A DNA stretch of 64,000 nt. Origin: Moniliella sp. 'wahieum'. Lineage: Eukaryota. Positions 24,332-35,410 of this stretch are shown piece by piece. Position 1 is the first letter of the stretch; each line of letters begins with the position of its first letter. The notes beneath the pieces were generated by a model. The model had not been told where the DNA came from, made no database searches, and worked only from the letters and a program-made list of their open reading frames with translations. Both the position numbers and the translations under genes were made by a program. The stretch covers positions 248,001 through 312,000 of the forward strand of contig RSEE01000052.1 in assembly GCA_003971905.1 (NCBI GenBank). Direction: 5' to 3'.

Positions 24332-24380
24332 CAGCAGCAGCAGCAGCCGCAGCAGCACCAGCAGCACCAGCACCAGCACC
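24332..24380 (+). repeat. CAG/CAC trinucleotide-hexanucleotide microsatellite upstream of hexokinase
   Basis: cagcagcagcagcagccgcagcagcaccagcagcaccagcaccagcacc. Confidence 0.75.
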
Positions 24381-26360
24381 GCACCACCCCAGCAGTTGAT
24401 TTGTGGCAGCACATGTGGTTCAATTCACTCGCGTCCTCATGCACCGCCGAGCCCCAGCAGCACAGGACAGCACTCGGCCTCAGCTATCTCCGCTACACGG
24501 CCAGAAAAACTGCTCGGCCACAGCGGTGTGCTGCCCCCAGTCGCCCGCCGCCTCCCTCGGCCAAAGTCGATCGAGTTGCGCCGCAGCTAAGTCAAACCAG
24601 CAGCACGTGACCTGCACCCACACTCGTCCCCTGCCCGCCTCCGCTCTTCGGCTCAGCTCCATTCGGCGGCGGGGCGGCGGTCTCGGTCCTCGCTGCTGCG
24701 TCGGTTGGGCTGCCCGCGCCCAGCCCAGCCAGCGTTGCAGCGAGCCATCGCTAGCCACAGCCCAGCCATACGAGCCAGGTACCGAATATGTGGCAACGCG
24801 TGACGAGTGGCGGATACTACCGCCAACCTACGAACCAGTTCAGTTTAGTTAATTCTTCAGGTAAATTAAGTAAAGCTAAAGTTCCTACGGACTAACTGAA
24901 CTTCCTACCGACTAGGTAGAGGTCTCATGCTTCGACGCGTGGCTTGCTCGTTGTGAATTGGGTTGGAGGACAGGGGACCGAGAGCGGCGACGCGAGACGT
25001 TGGACCTGGCGGACGTACGGGGAGCCGGACGCTGGAGCTGGGAGGGCGAAATGAGACAGCCTCCACGTCGCCAAGCCGGTGCAATGGAACGCTGGAATGC
25101 AATGTTGAAGGCATCCGATTTGAAGTTTCACGTTTGAATTCGGACCTGCAATCGCGGTGTGGGGCCCCACCTCTCGGTCACGCGCGATGATCGATGACGC
25201 AGCCGACATGGTTTGTCGCCCGCAGCAGCACCACAAAACTGCCGCAGCAGTGCCACGTGACATGCGTGACAAGTGGTGCATGTGACACTGTGACATGTGA
25301 TGTTGACATAGTGCGTGCGTGCACATGACGTCACTTCGATCGAGACGCTACAGTCAGGAAGCAGGCGAGTCGTCACTGCATCAGCACATATCAGTAACTC
25401 GGTGCATCCTACTCTGTTCCACTCCATAATGTCCTTTGCTCGGCCCGTCCTGCAAATGTCACAACCCCTCGATCATCATCCGCGCTGCCGACAGCAGCAC
25501 CATGTCGTCATGATGCCCCATTGGATCGAAGAGGATCCCACTCCGGAAAAGTAGTATCAGCAGCACTCCTTTTGGCTGGCTGCCAGATCCCGCGTATACC
25601 ACAGCAACCTATCGTCATCCTCCGTCTTCGTCATTGACAGCCCCCAACACCGCTGCCGCAATGTTTTTCCCCACATGCAGAGCACGCCTCCATGCCTGCT
25701 CTCTTGCCACTCTCCGCGGTGTGGCACGTATGCCCCCACACCCCGCTTTGCTGGCCTCTCTTGTGCCTCTCTATCTCTCTCTCCTCACGCCCTTCCATGG
25801 TCCCAACGGATGGGCCAGTCGTAGAGAATGGGATCGGCGATGATCAATGATGCGTGGAAGACGCAAAACGGGTACACATCTCGGATCAACACGCATCTCA
25901 GTGCCATCGGCCGTACCCTGCCACACGCCCACGCCTGCTCTCCTTTGGCCTGCTAAGGAGAGCTCTATATGTTGCCTCCCCCGTCCCTTCCCCGTGGGGA
26001 GGGGAAGAAAGGATGAAGGCACAGGACAAGAGCTCCACAGGTGGCAATACTGCTTCTACCAGACTTAGCGCAAGTGATCTCGCGATCCGCACTCCCTTCC
26101 CGCCGTTGTGGTCATTCACATGCACATGCCACCGATGGGCCAGAGGCTGGCCTGGCCCAATTCCACTCCAAACGCTTCACCGATCTTGGCAGAGACGCGG
26201 CCCGGCCCAATCCAGCTACCCCCGTAGGTCGCAGTACAACAGGGCAGACGGGCCCATGAGGTGCTTGCTCAATTGTAGGGCGGTTGGGGATATAGTGCAT
26301 GGCTGAGCCGTGCACGCAAAATGACGGCGATTCTCGTCTTGCCCCTGAGAGGATGGGGGG

Positions 26361-26369
26361 GTATATATA
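26361..26369 (+). promoter_or_regulatory. TATA box of grg1
   Basis: GTATATATA about 110 bp upstream of the ATG, followed by a pyrimidine/CTAC-rich leader. Confidence 0.6.
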
Positions 26370-26474
26370 CCCCCATCCCCCTTCCGTCTAGCCGCTCCTC
26401 TACCACACTACCCTCCACTCCACCCTACCCCCTACCGCTACCACTACCGCTACTACACTTTCACCACTACAACA

Positions 26475-26810
26475 ATGGCGGACACCATCAAGAAGTATGT
26501 TGGCCTTCACATTCTACCGTGTCGTTTCCTCCGCACAAGCGCCTTCTTCCCACATCGCGCGCATGGCGAGGCTCGAAACCGAGTATATACTGACATATGA
26601 CTCATCCTCAGCGCGATCAACTCGGCCAGCGAGACGGTGCAGCAGTACGCGTCGGGCGCTTCGAAGGAGGCCAACAAGAATGTGGCCAAGGACGACGATG
26701 CCAGCCTTGGCACCCGCGCTGGTGCGGCCAAGGACGCTGTCGTGGACAAGTTTAACGAGACGAAGCACGACGCCTCGGCTTCGGCCAACAAGGATGCTGC
26801 TTTCAACTAA
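26475..26810 (+). CDS. grg1: Glucose-repressible protein Grg1/Ccg-1 family (about 72 aa, 2 exons; missed by the ORF track)
   Basis: Splicing 26495-26611 (GTATGT..CTGAC..CAG) gives MADTIKNAINSASETVQQYASGASKEANKNVAKDDDASLGTRAGAAKDAVVDKFNETKHDASASANKDAAFN*, with the SKEANKxVAKD..GTR..AAKDA..DK..E..H family signature. Confidence 0.93.
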
Positions 26811-27204
26811 GCTCCCTCTCTTCCCCTGGGGATCCCGTTGCTGTCGGGTTGAGTATAATATGTGGGGGTCGTGCTAGTAACCATGCCAATTTCTCCACAC
26901 CTTTATGTGCAACTTTGTTACTTAGGCCAATGCGTTGCAGTACAGGAGGCAAAGGCAGAGATCGGTCTTGTAGAAAGAGATCACTTGCTCTCGTCATAAC
27001 ACTTATCCAAGCAGATCTATTTGAAAAGGTTTTTAGGAACGTTACCTGGAAATAGGGCATCAGAAGACGACGCCATTCCAGTAATACAGGGCGAGCGAGT
27101 GCTACTACGGTTAGCAAAATGACGTTGTTACGAGTGCAAGAACAATATGATACCGCGGCACCGGTTGCGTTTTTGTTTGTCTACAGATGCCGATTTGTCC
27201 ACCC

Positions 27205-27238
27205 GTCAGATGTCAGATGTCAGATGTCAGATGTCAGA
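27205..27238 (+). repeat. (GTCAGAT)n heptamer array, about 5 units
   Basis: gtcagat x4 plus gtcaga, between the convergent grg1 and PRE8 3' ends. Confidence 0.9.
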
Positions 27239-27822
27239 GGCTTCCCCAAATGTTGACTTCGTTCGCTTAACGACACCATTCTCCCTCTGCAGACATTTCA
27301 CTGCAATACATGTGGGTGGTTGTCAACCTTGTTGGTTTGTGCACACTCTCAAAAGACCCCATAGAACACCTCTATGGAAAGTCTTGGAGGATTATCGAGA
27401 TTACTGATTAGGACCACAATACTAAGTTTCCACGGATGAATGTCGCACATTCAAGCGCCTCGCGGTAGATCGATTATTTCGATTAGTTGTTATACCCAAT
27501 CCTCTGCGCATGTACCCTCTAACGAGACCCCGTTACCCACGGCAGAGGGTACGGGCGGGAGTGACAAAAACCTACCATTGACGCGCTTTTTGTGGGGGGT
27601 ATACGGCAGTTAAACCACCACACCGCTGGAGAGGGCTGAGCAATAACACAAGGTCTGTGGACGAAGAAGTCTCAAACTCTAGGACGCGTCATGTATGTGT
27701 AGGTAGAGGCTAAAAGAGAGAGTTATACGAGACCCGAACCAGATTGCTAAAAAGGAGCACTACGCCAACAGTTGGGTTCCTACATGTTCATCTAATGAAG
27801 ACCAATTTGTCTGCTTTAGCAG

Positions 27823-28640
27823 CTACAATGCCAAGCTGCACAAAGGAAAGATGGCACAAGTCAGTCATGTGGATCAGATGAGGCGTAGGAAAGAGCAACA
27901 TACTAGTCCTTGATCTCGCTCTCTGTCAATTTGCGAAAGGTGGGGATGGGTTTGGTACCTGCTGGTACGTCTTCCACGTTCATGTCGGAAATGATGCCAA
28001 TCTCAATCGTCTTTTCCGTCATCTGACCCTCAAACCCTTCCTTGAGGGTGAGGAGGGCGGTGTGGATGGCGTCTTCGAGGGAAATGTCGTCGTTGTACCG
28101 CTTCTCGAGGAAGGTCTTGGCAATGGTCATGTTCTTGCCAATCGCGGTCGCTTTCCATTGGAAAAAGGAGCCAGAGGGATCCACCTGGTACAGTGTTGGG
28201 CCTCGCACCTCATCGTAGCCGGCCACAAGCAAACTGACGCCAAACGGACGCACACCGCCGCGCTGGGTAGACTCTTGCATGATGCGTGCAATCTCTTCGA
28301 CCAGCACGGCCGTGGGAGGGAACTCGCCATAGATCTTCCAGTACGCCTGGGCCGCCTTGCGTGCCTGGGCAAGCAGGACCCGGAAGTCAGGCCCCATACC
28401 AGCATACACAATGCCAACGGTGGGGCAGACCAGGGCCACCTTCTCCAACGCACTGTCGTCCACCAACGGGCTGGGCATGCGCTTCTCGGACGCAATCACC
28501 ACGGCGCCCTCGGCGCGGATGCCAAGCGAGGTGGCGCCGCTGCCAACCGCAGCAAGCGCATGGTCAATCTGGCCCAGCTTGCCCGAGGGGCTGAAGGTGG
28601 TGAGGGAGAAGCTGTATGCGCCTTCGCCGCCGGCCGACAT
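27823..28640 (-). CDS. PRE8: 20S proteasome subunit alpha-2, with a 13-nt terminal coding exon
   Basis: [49 protein letters not shown]. Intron 27903-27836 (GTATGT..CTGAC..CAG) restores EIKDYLAL*. Confidence 0.96.
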
Positions 28641-28789
28641 GGTTGGTTGAGCCGAGGGAGCGGGTGCGGTGTCCCGACACGCGCCCCGCAGGCAACCAAG
28701 CGCACGCGGCCCCACGTCACGTCGTGCCTGTGCTGGGTCGGAGGCGAGCGCCCACGGTCTCATTCCGCTCGCAGCTCCGCCCTGCCGAT

Positions 28790-28813
28790 GTCACGTGTTT
28801 ACGGTCACGTGAT
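28790..28813. promoter_or_regulatory. Two GTCACGTG (CDEI/E-box) sites in the PRE8-ISU1 divergent promoter
   Basis: gtcacgtgtttacggtcacgtgat. Confidence 0.55.
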
Positions 28814-29164
28814 GCGCTAAGAACCCAGCTGATGGGTCCCTCCTTGAGCTCAGGCTGATGGCCTGAGGGCCTGAGCTCAGGCCTGAAATTGAATCGGATC
28901 GATTACCAAAGCCGGACCAATTAATCTGATGCGGCATGGTGCCGAGGACTGCTTGCGGCCGAACCAGCGCAGCTGCGCGTCAGATCGGCAGATGTCCGAT
29001 CGCAGATCTCCGAGACCACACAGAGCGGACAATATCCGCTGCAGTTTCCAGCCCTCCAAAGCCCGCGGAAACAACTGCTGAACCGGGCAGGCGCAACGAT
29101 TATTGTGCGCTAGCTGTCCGATACGCACGGCCGGTGTCCCCACCACCTCTTCTGCTTGGCTGCC

Positions 29165-29857
29165 ATGGTTGTCGCTCGCTTTGCTCCTGCATTTGCTCGT
29201 GCTGCTGGCCCATCTGCCCTGCGCCCCATGGCGGGCATGGTGCGCGCCACCACGCGCCCGGCCCTCGCCTCCGCCCGTCCGACGGCGCTGGCGGTGGCGC
29301 GGGCGTACCACGACAAGGTCATTGACCACGTACGTGTTCTGCTGCCTCGGTTGACTCGTGTTGGGTGGCGATACTGACGGGTACGGTAGTACGAAAACCC
29401 TCGGAACGTGGGTTCGTTCAACAAGAAGGATGCCGATGTGGGCATTGGCCTCGTTGGTGCACCGGCGTGCGGCGACGTGATGAAGTTGTCCATCCGGGTC
29501 AATGAACAGGGCATCATTTCCGACGTGCGGTTCAAGACGTTTGGCTGCGGCAGTGCCATTGCTTCCTCGTCGTACATGACCGAGCGGGTCAAGGGCATGA
29601 CGCTCGAAGAGGCTGGCGGGATCAAGAATACGGAGATTGCCAAGGAACTGTGCTTGCCGCCCGTCAAACTGCACTGCTCCATGCTGGCCGAGGATGCGAT
29701 CAAGTCGGCGATCCGCAACTACAAGGCCAAACGGGATGCATCGGGCATCACCGCAGCGGGCCACATTGACGTGGAACAGTCGGCTACCACGGAGAGACAA
29801 CGACGAGCGTGCATGTCGGCTCCTCGGCTCAGCAGCCATGCGCCGGCCCAGGCTTGA
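29165..29857 (+). CDS. ISU1: Mitochondrial Fe-S cluster scaffold IscU/Isu1, 1 intron
   Basis: Arg/Ala-rich presequence, YHDKVIDH|YENPRNVGS, GAPACGDVM, KTFGCGSAIASSS, LPPVKLHCSMLAEDAIK. Intron 29330-29389. Confidence 0.96.
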
Positions 29858-30268
29858 ACTGAACACCGCACTTTCTCCCTCACCGCACAGGACCTTCTTT
29901 GCACAGCCTCATTACTATTACCTCTATTTCCGAACGCCCTGTGTGCCTGCCTTGTCCAGGCTTTTTCTTGTTATGCGGGCGCCGACTCTATTTGATCGTT
30001 GGGGGCGGGGACGCTTGGCATCTCACGCCCGGCTCACGAGCTGTTGAGCTGGGACGACTGCGTCCCGAGAAGGAGGCTGAACATGTTGAGCTCCCTTGCC
30101 CTTGGCGCGGGTGGGCGTGGCAGCTGCTGCTGCCTGCGCCGCCCGTCTGTACACTAGTCCACTATTCGAAGCATCTGTTCTTTCAATGCTCTGTGGGTGG
30201 GGAGGGGGGCGTGGGGACACGTAGAAGGGGGGCAAGGCAGTCGACACAGGCAACTTGGTGGCATGATA

Positions 30269-31458
30269 TTAAGAGAGGCTGGACTGGGTGAGGTAGGGCT
30301 GCGGGTGTCGAAGCCAGCACGGGGCAGCAGAGACGGTAGTTGCGCTGGCGAAGCCGAAGTAGACCGGCACCGCTGCCCTACCGCCAACAGGGCCGCCGCC
30401 CTCCTCTCCCGTGCGCATCGCGGTATTGCTACTAACCAGGCGTCCGTACCTTCCACTCCACTTTCGATCGATTCGCCGTTCGCATGGAACGCCTACCAAC
30501 CAGCTCTGCCCCCGATCCTCCGGCCGAATCCGTCCCCTCGCCCACCTAGGCCACAGAAGCCACCAACCGCTGGCCCCTCCTGTCCACAGCCGCCCGCACG
30601 CCGGCCTTGGCCACCGCCTGGGAACACAACCAACCACTCGTCCAGATTCACATTCTCCCTCCCCGCCGCCAGCTGCACAAACAGCGAGAACGGCTACTGG
30701 GACAAATGCGTGTTTCTCCGGCTCCGGGCCCGTTAGCAGCGACGCTAACATACCAAGCTACTACCCGTTCCATCGTCTGTTGCGACCCGAAAAGCTTGCT
30801 CCCTCTCCTCCCGCACCCCATGTTTCTCCCCGTCGCTGCTCGAATAAAGGCGAGATTGCATTGGAGCATGTCGTCAAGAAGAGAGGGTTTCGCATCTTGC
30901 CCGTGGGTGGGCGGCCTGTTGAGGAGGTGGGGGCGTTGTGAGTATGATGGCCTATTAGGTGGTTGTTTCGATGAAGTGATGATTGATGCCTCGTCTGCAT
31001 TATCCCTCTGTTTGTTCTTGGTATATTGCCCAAGGGCGCAAAGAGCAACAAGAAACGCTGGATTTCGACGCGGCGTGACACGATGACCCGTGCCCCGCCC
31101 CTGCTCCAACGTCGACTTCACCAGCACGCCCAGTTTGACCCTGCTCGTAGCCGGCGGTTCAAGTCCCAAGCGCATGTGGATGAACTTTACCAGCTTTCCA
31201 GCGCATCAACCTCGACCGGAATGGCGAGTTTGTTCCAACGTCGGGCGCGAGGGCCAGCATTCAATGCTGTCCAACGGGAACCCTCATTTAGCAACTGTTG
31301 ATATGTTGCCCTACTATCCGTCAGCAGTTAGTCGACTCCCGCATCAGTAGTGTTCGCCGAGACCTACTGTGACCTCGCCCCCGTGGGATCCAACGCGAAT
31401 CCCATCTAGGTTCGCTTGCCTTCCTCATTCCCCGACACAACAGCGTTTGGGGCACCAT
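30269..31458 (-). CDS. Possible hypothetical protein (frameshifted, no recognisable family)
   Basis: Chain of overlapping minus-strand open frames (ATYQQLLNEGSRW.., LVKFIHMRLGLEPP.., MLASLLTGPEPEKHAF..) with a branch-point/acceptor-like GCTGAC..TAG near 31325-31311. Boundaries uncertain. Confidence 0.3.
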
Positions 31459-31725
31459 GGCGGTACTGCAACCAGGGTCATCTCACCACTCTCAGTGAGC
31501 ACTCAGTAGTCACACAAGTGCCACAGGGGCAGCCATGGTAACCCCTGCGCTCTTCACGAATGTTTCCTGCCTGTCCTATAAGTTGGCTCTCAAGGTGGTC
31601 AGGCGTATGGGATGGATGCAGAGGCTAGATATACAATGCGGGTCCAAATGGACAAATAAGGCACATCAACAACGTAGGGGAGATGCTTGAATAAAGGGAA
31701 GAAGGAGCCAGGGCCCTGCCCCGGA

Positions 31726-34615
31726 TCAGTCGCTAATCAAATCAACCACTTCCATTGTCGTAGACCTAGGCGCACCTGCTGCCTTGTCTCGCCTTTGCGG
31801 CAGAGGGTGGAAGCGGAGGGGGAGGGGAGGTGGCCGAGTCGGAATCGTCCGACACAGTATAGTAGATAGATTGGCTCTGTGTAGGGGGGCGTAGGAATTT
31901 GGACCGGGCTTGGGCCGAGGCTTGCGAGGTCGGGACCACACGGGGATACGCAGGCTGGCATGGCTTTGCCGTTGCAGAGAAGGGGTCGGCGCAACGGGGA
32001 TCGTCCCGCCGCGAGGAGAATGTCCGGAAGCGCGAGTGCTACCAAGGCGCACGGGCGGGGACCTTCGCGGTGGCGTAGAACACTTGGGCTCGGGCGGCTG
32101 CTCGTCTCCCGAATCGTCTTGGAAGAACGTAGCCAAGACATCTTGTCGGTCAGACTGGTCAGGGACGATGGCGAGGCTGGGTTGGAGAGCAAGTTTGGCT
32201 CTGCGGCTGTGGGATACGCTGGGGCTGGACTGGTCCTTCGGAAGCTATTTTTCCGACGCGGTGTAGCGTCGTCAAACGACCCTCGTCGGCGAGTGGTGCC
32301 TACAATCCCCTGACGCAACGGGGAAGGTAGCTCCTCATCCGACGATGAGGGAGGCAGAGATGCACATGCCGATCCGGAGGACAAACCCGACAAGGTTGAT
32401 ATCGTCCGTCGTGAAGAGGTATTAGAGAAGGCTTGTTCGAGCGACAACTGCCGCTCCAAGTGCGAAGAGGAGGAAGATGAGGAAGGGCGCCATGTTCTTT
32501 GGAATGCCCTGGGGGGCGAGCGAACAGTCCTAGCCTTTCCCTTGGCATTGGACTGATTCTTCGGATCCGGTCGAGATGCGGCTTTCTCCTTGGCACGAAA
32601 TTGTTCAATCAGCTTCTTGCCCACATAGGTACCTTGCAAGGGCATGGCATCAATGTACATCAGCCGGGGTTCGGGGTGGTACGCTGCTGCCGCACGGGGC
32701 TTAGCGCTGCCATCATCGGAAAGAACCATAGGTGGGCCCACAGCCACCAGCTGAGCCGGCGCAGTCTTGCACAACCTCCGCGGGATGGGAGGCGGTCCAA
32801 TCTTCTTCTGCCTCTGGCATTTAGATAGCAGCATCTGCACCGTGCGGTCGAGCGGCCCATCGTCGTACTTCAAACGAAACTCGGTGCGTTGGCCAATCCT
32901 GCGTTCCCGAATAACCTCGATCAGATCAAAGAGGGCCGGGCTTTGGGGTGAGAAGCCGAACGTCGTCCTCGAGAGCCCCCTCCTTTTCGCCGCTAGAACG
33001 GCGTGCGGTACGTTTTCTCTTTGATGCGAGCGAGGGAGGGCGATGGGAAAGGAGAGGATGGCCACCAGAGCCGCGTGATCGGGACATCATCTCGTCCCGG
33101 AGGAGACGGAGGAGAAGCCCAGGGGCAATCTTGGTCTGCACACGTTGCCGGATCTTTTCATCCGTCCAATTGAATTGTTTTCGAAGGACCCAGATAAGGT
33201 GGGCAAGATCGAGCGGTTGGAACTCCTTGGAAGGGGACATGAGGTCAAACCGTGGAGACACCTTGGTGCGCAGTAGTTCCTCCTCTACCGGCGAAAGTTG
33301 AACGCCCGTCACACCCCCTTCCTCTGCGAAAGTAATGGGAGGAATGGCGTCCAGGCTACCCTCGCGGAACTTGAAGTGACTCGTCCTAGGCCAAACGTAA
33401 AGACCAAGCACAGTTTGGTCCTGTTCTGACTCGAAAAGGGTGCGCAGGTCCAAAGCTGCAGAAGGATGCTTGGTCCGCAGGAGCCCCGACGAATTGGTTC
33501 GCAACTCTTCCATCATATCTTGTACGATCTCTGTCCGTGCCTCGTTCCAGATGGCAACATTAAGATCCAAGCGGGGGATCCATTGAGTGGGATCATACGT
33601 TGGCACCTTGCCCAGACGACTTTCGTCTGACGATCCCTGCAGCGAACTCACCAGCGCCGATACGACTCTTTGCCCGAACCCGAGCGAGGCAAGCACCTTC
33701 GAGATGGTCATCCCGCAATTGCTCACTCCTTGGACATTGTAGTCGCCTCCGGTCAATGCAGCTGTGAGGAGGATGGCCTGTCGGTCCAACGGGAACTCAC
33801 ATTCTTCCGTATCATTCAGCACAGGCGGAGGGGGGGAAGGATCCGTCCACCCTAATACGGGCGGTCGAGCAGGGTCTGGCCAATGGCCAGGGGGGAAGGT
33901 GTAGATCCCTACAGCGTTGGAACCCCACTTCTTATCACTGACATTCACAAAGTCGAGCTCGTCCGGCATCTCGCTTCCTTCAGAAGGTTGCGAGGCCTGC
34001 ATGGCCTGCAGACGTTGTTTGCGCTTCTGGACCTCCTTGACATCGCTCATGGAAAAGCTAAGAACATGGTAAGCACAGGGAAGTAGGGCATCGGGCAGTC
34101 GGGCAGTCGGGAAAAAGAAAGAGAGGGACGTACTTGCGCATCACCTTGGTCGCACCAAATACAAACGAGTCAACATCGTCAGTCAGCACCACATCCACTA
34201 GTCCGGCTTGGTTCATCCACGCAAGCTCGGCCTCCGCTTCGCCCGGGGCGTCCCAGTCGACAAAGCCAAAGGAGCGAAGAAGGAAGCGAAAGTCACGGAC
34301 AAGCGGTGTTGTTGAAGTCAAGTCCCAAGGGACGGATGGAGCCGTGCTTGTTGCGGGGCCGTTCGGCGCCGTCAAAGACAAATACAGCGAGGATCGGGAG
34401 GGTGTAGAGGTTGCACAGCCGAAAGAAAAGCGTGCGGATTGGACCGAGGGATCGCGGGTGTAGTTGGGCTCGGCATGGAAGACCCAGCCACTGGCATCGA
34501 CCCCCAGACGGAGGGCGCGGTGCGGGGAGCGCGCAAAGTATCGCCATGCCTCTTCCTGGAGCGTGGTGACTGCACACGCATGATCGAGGTGGGTCCAGAG
34601 TGTCTTGATGCCCAT
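31726..34615 (-). CDS. GEN1: XPG/Rad2-family nuclease, GEN1/Yen1-type Holliday junction resolvase, 1 intron
   Basis: MGIKTLW, LGVDASGW, FFRLC..VFVFDG, APGEAEAELAWM, VLTDDVDSFVFGA, LTGGDY..GVSNCG; long disordered tail ending EVVDLISD*. Intron 34133-34058. Confidence 0.88.
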
Positions 34616-35410
34616 AGCAGGCGCGGACGCGGGGGGGCTGGGCGACACGGCTGAGGAGACGGGGCTGATGACGATGTTGGGGATGAGACGAGGGGGCTCA
34701 GGTAGATGATGTTGATGAGGACGGTGGGGGTGATGGTGATGAGGCTGTTGATGATGTTGATGTTGCGCACAGACAAGCGGCTGGCAGAAGCACGAGGGGA
34801 GAGTGTGACAACACGAGACACGACGCGTGCGGCGGAAGTCGAGGGCACCACACCATTCCGCCCTGCCCCGCCACCCAGCGCTGATCGATGATCGGGGCGG
34901 CCGATGGATTAATGACATCAACTTCCCTTTCTCATGTGTTCTTCCATTCCTCTGGAGAAGTGCATGCCGAAAGGCTTACCTCTGACGTTCCAGTCCTTAA
35001 TGACATCTTTTCATTTACTGTACCCTCTTCCCTAGTACGTCTGCTTTTCAACAGAGAAGATAAACCCAGCCATCCTCTTCCTCTCTCTCCACATTTGGGA
35101 CGGGTGCCTGTAACGAGCACGTTCCTCCTCTATTAACCATACTAGCGTTACTTCATGAACTTCGTTGTCTGAGCGGCGAGAGCTTACCAGAAATACGTGA
35201 GACTAGAGCTCATGCGCTCATGTTTCTAAGCCATGATGCCCGATGCATGAGCCGCCATGTTATGCATACACTCCAAAAGTGGCATGTCAAGTGGCGCCAT
35301 ATACATAAGTAGGTTCGGCAGCAGGAAAGTTGGCAAGGACTAAAAGGAACAATAAACAGGAATGACTTGGTATCACATCCAATGTGTTCAACCTCAATCG
35401 GATTACAGAA

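Noticed and set aside
27205..27238. CRISPR-like array (also considered for the other short repeats)
   Set aside because: Head-to-tail 7-mers with no spacers, in a eukaryotic context with no cas genes.
27512..27552. 9-bp inverted repeat GTACCCTCT..AGAGGGTAC as a MITE remnant
   Set aside because: Too short, no TSD and no second copy in the window.
35051..35063. ACAGAGAAGAT resembling the U6 snRNA core
   Set aside because: Flanks lack the following TAGCATGGCCCCTG and the rest of U6.
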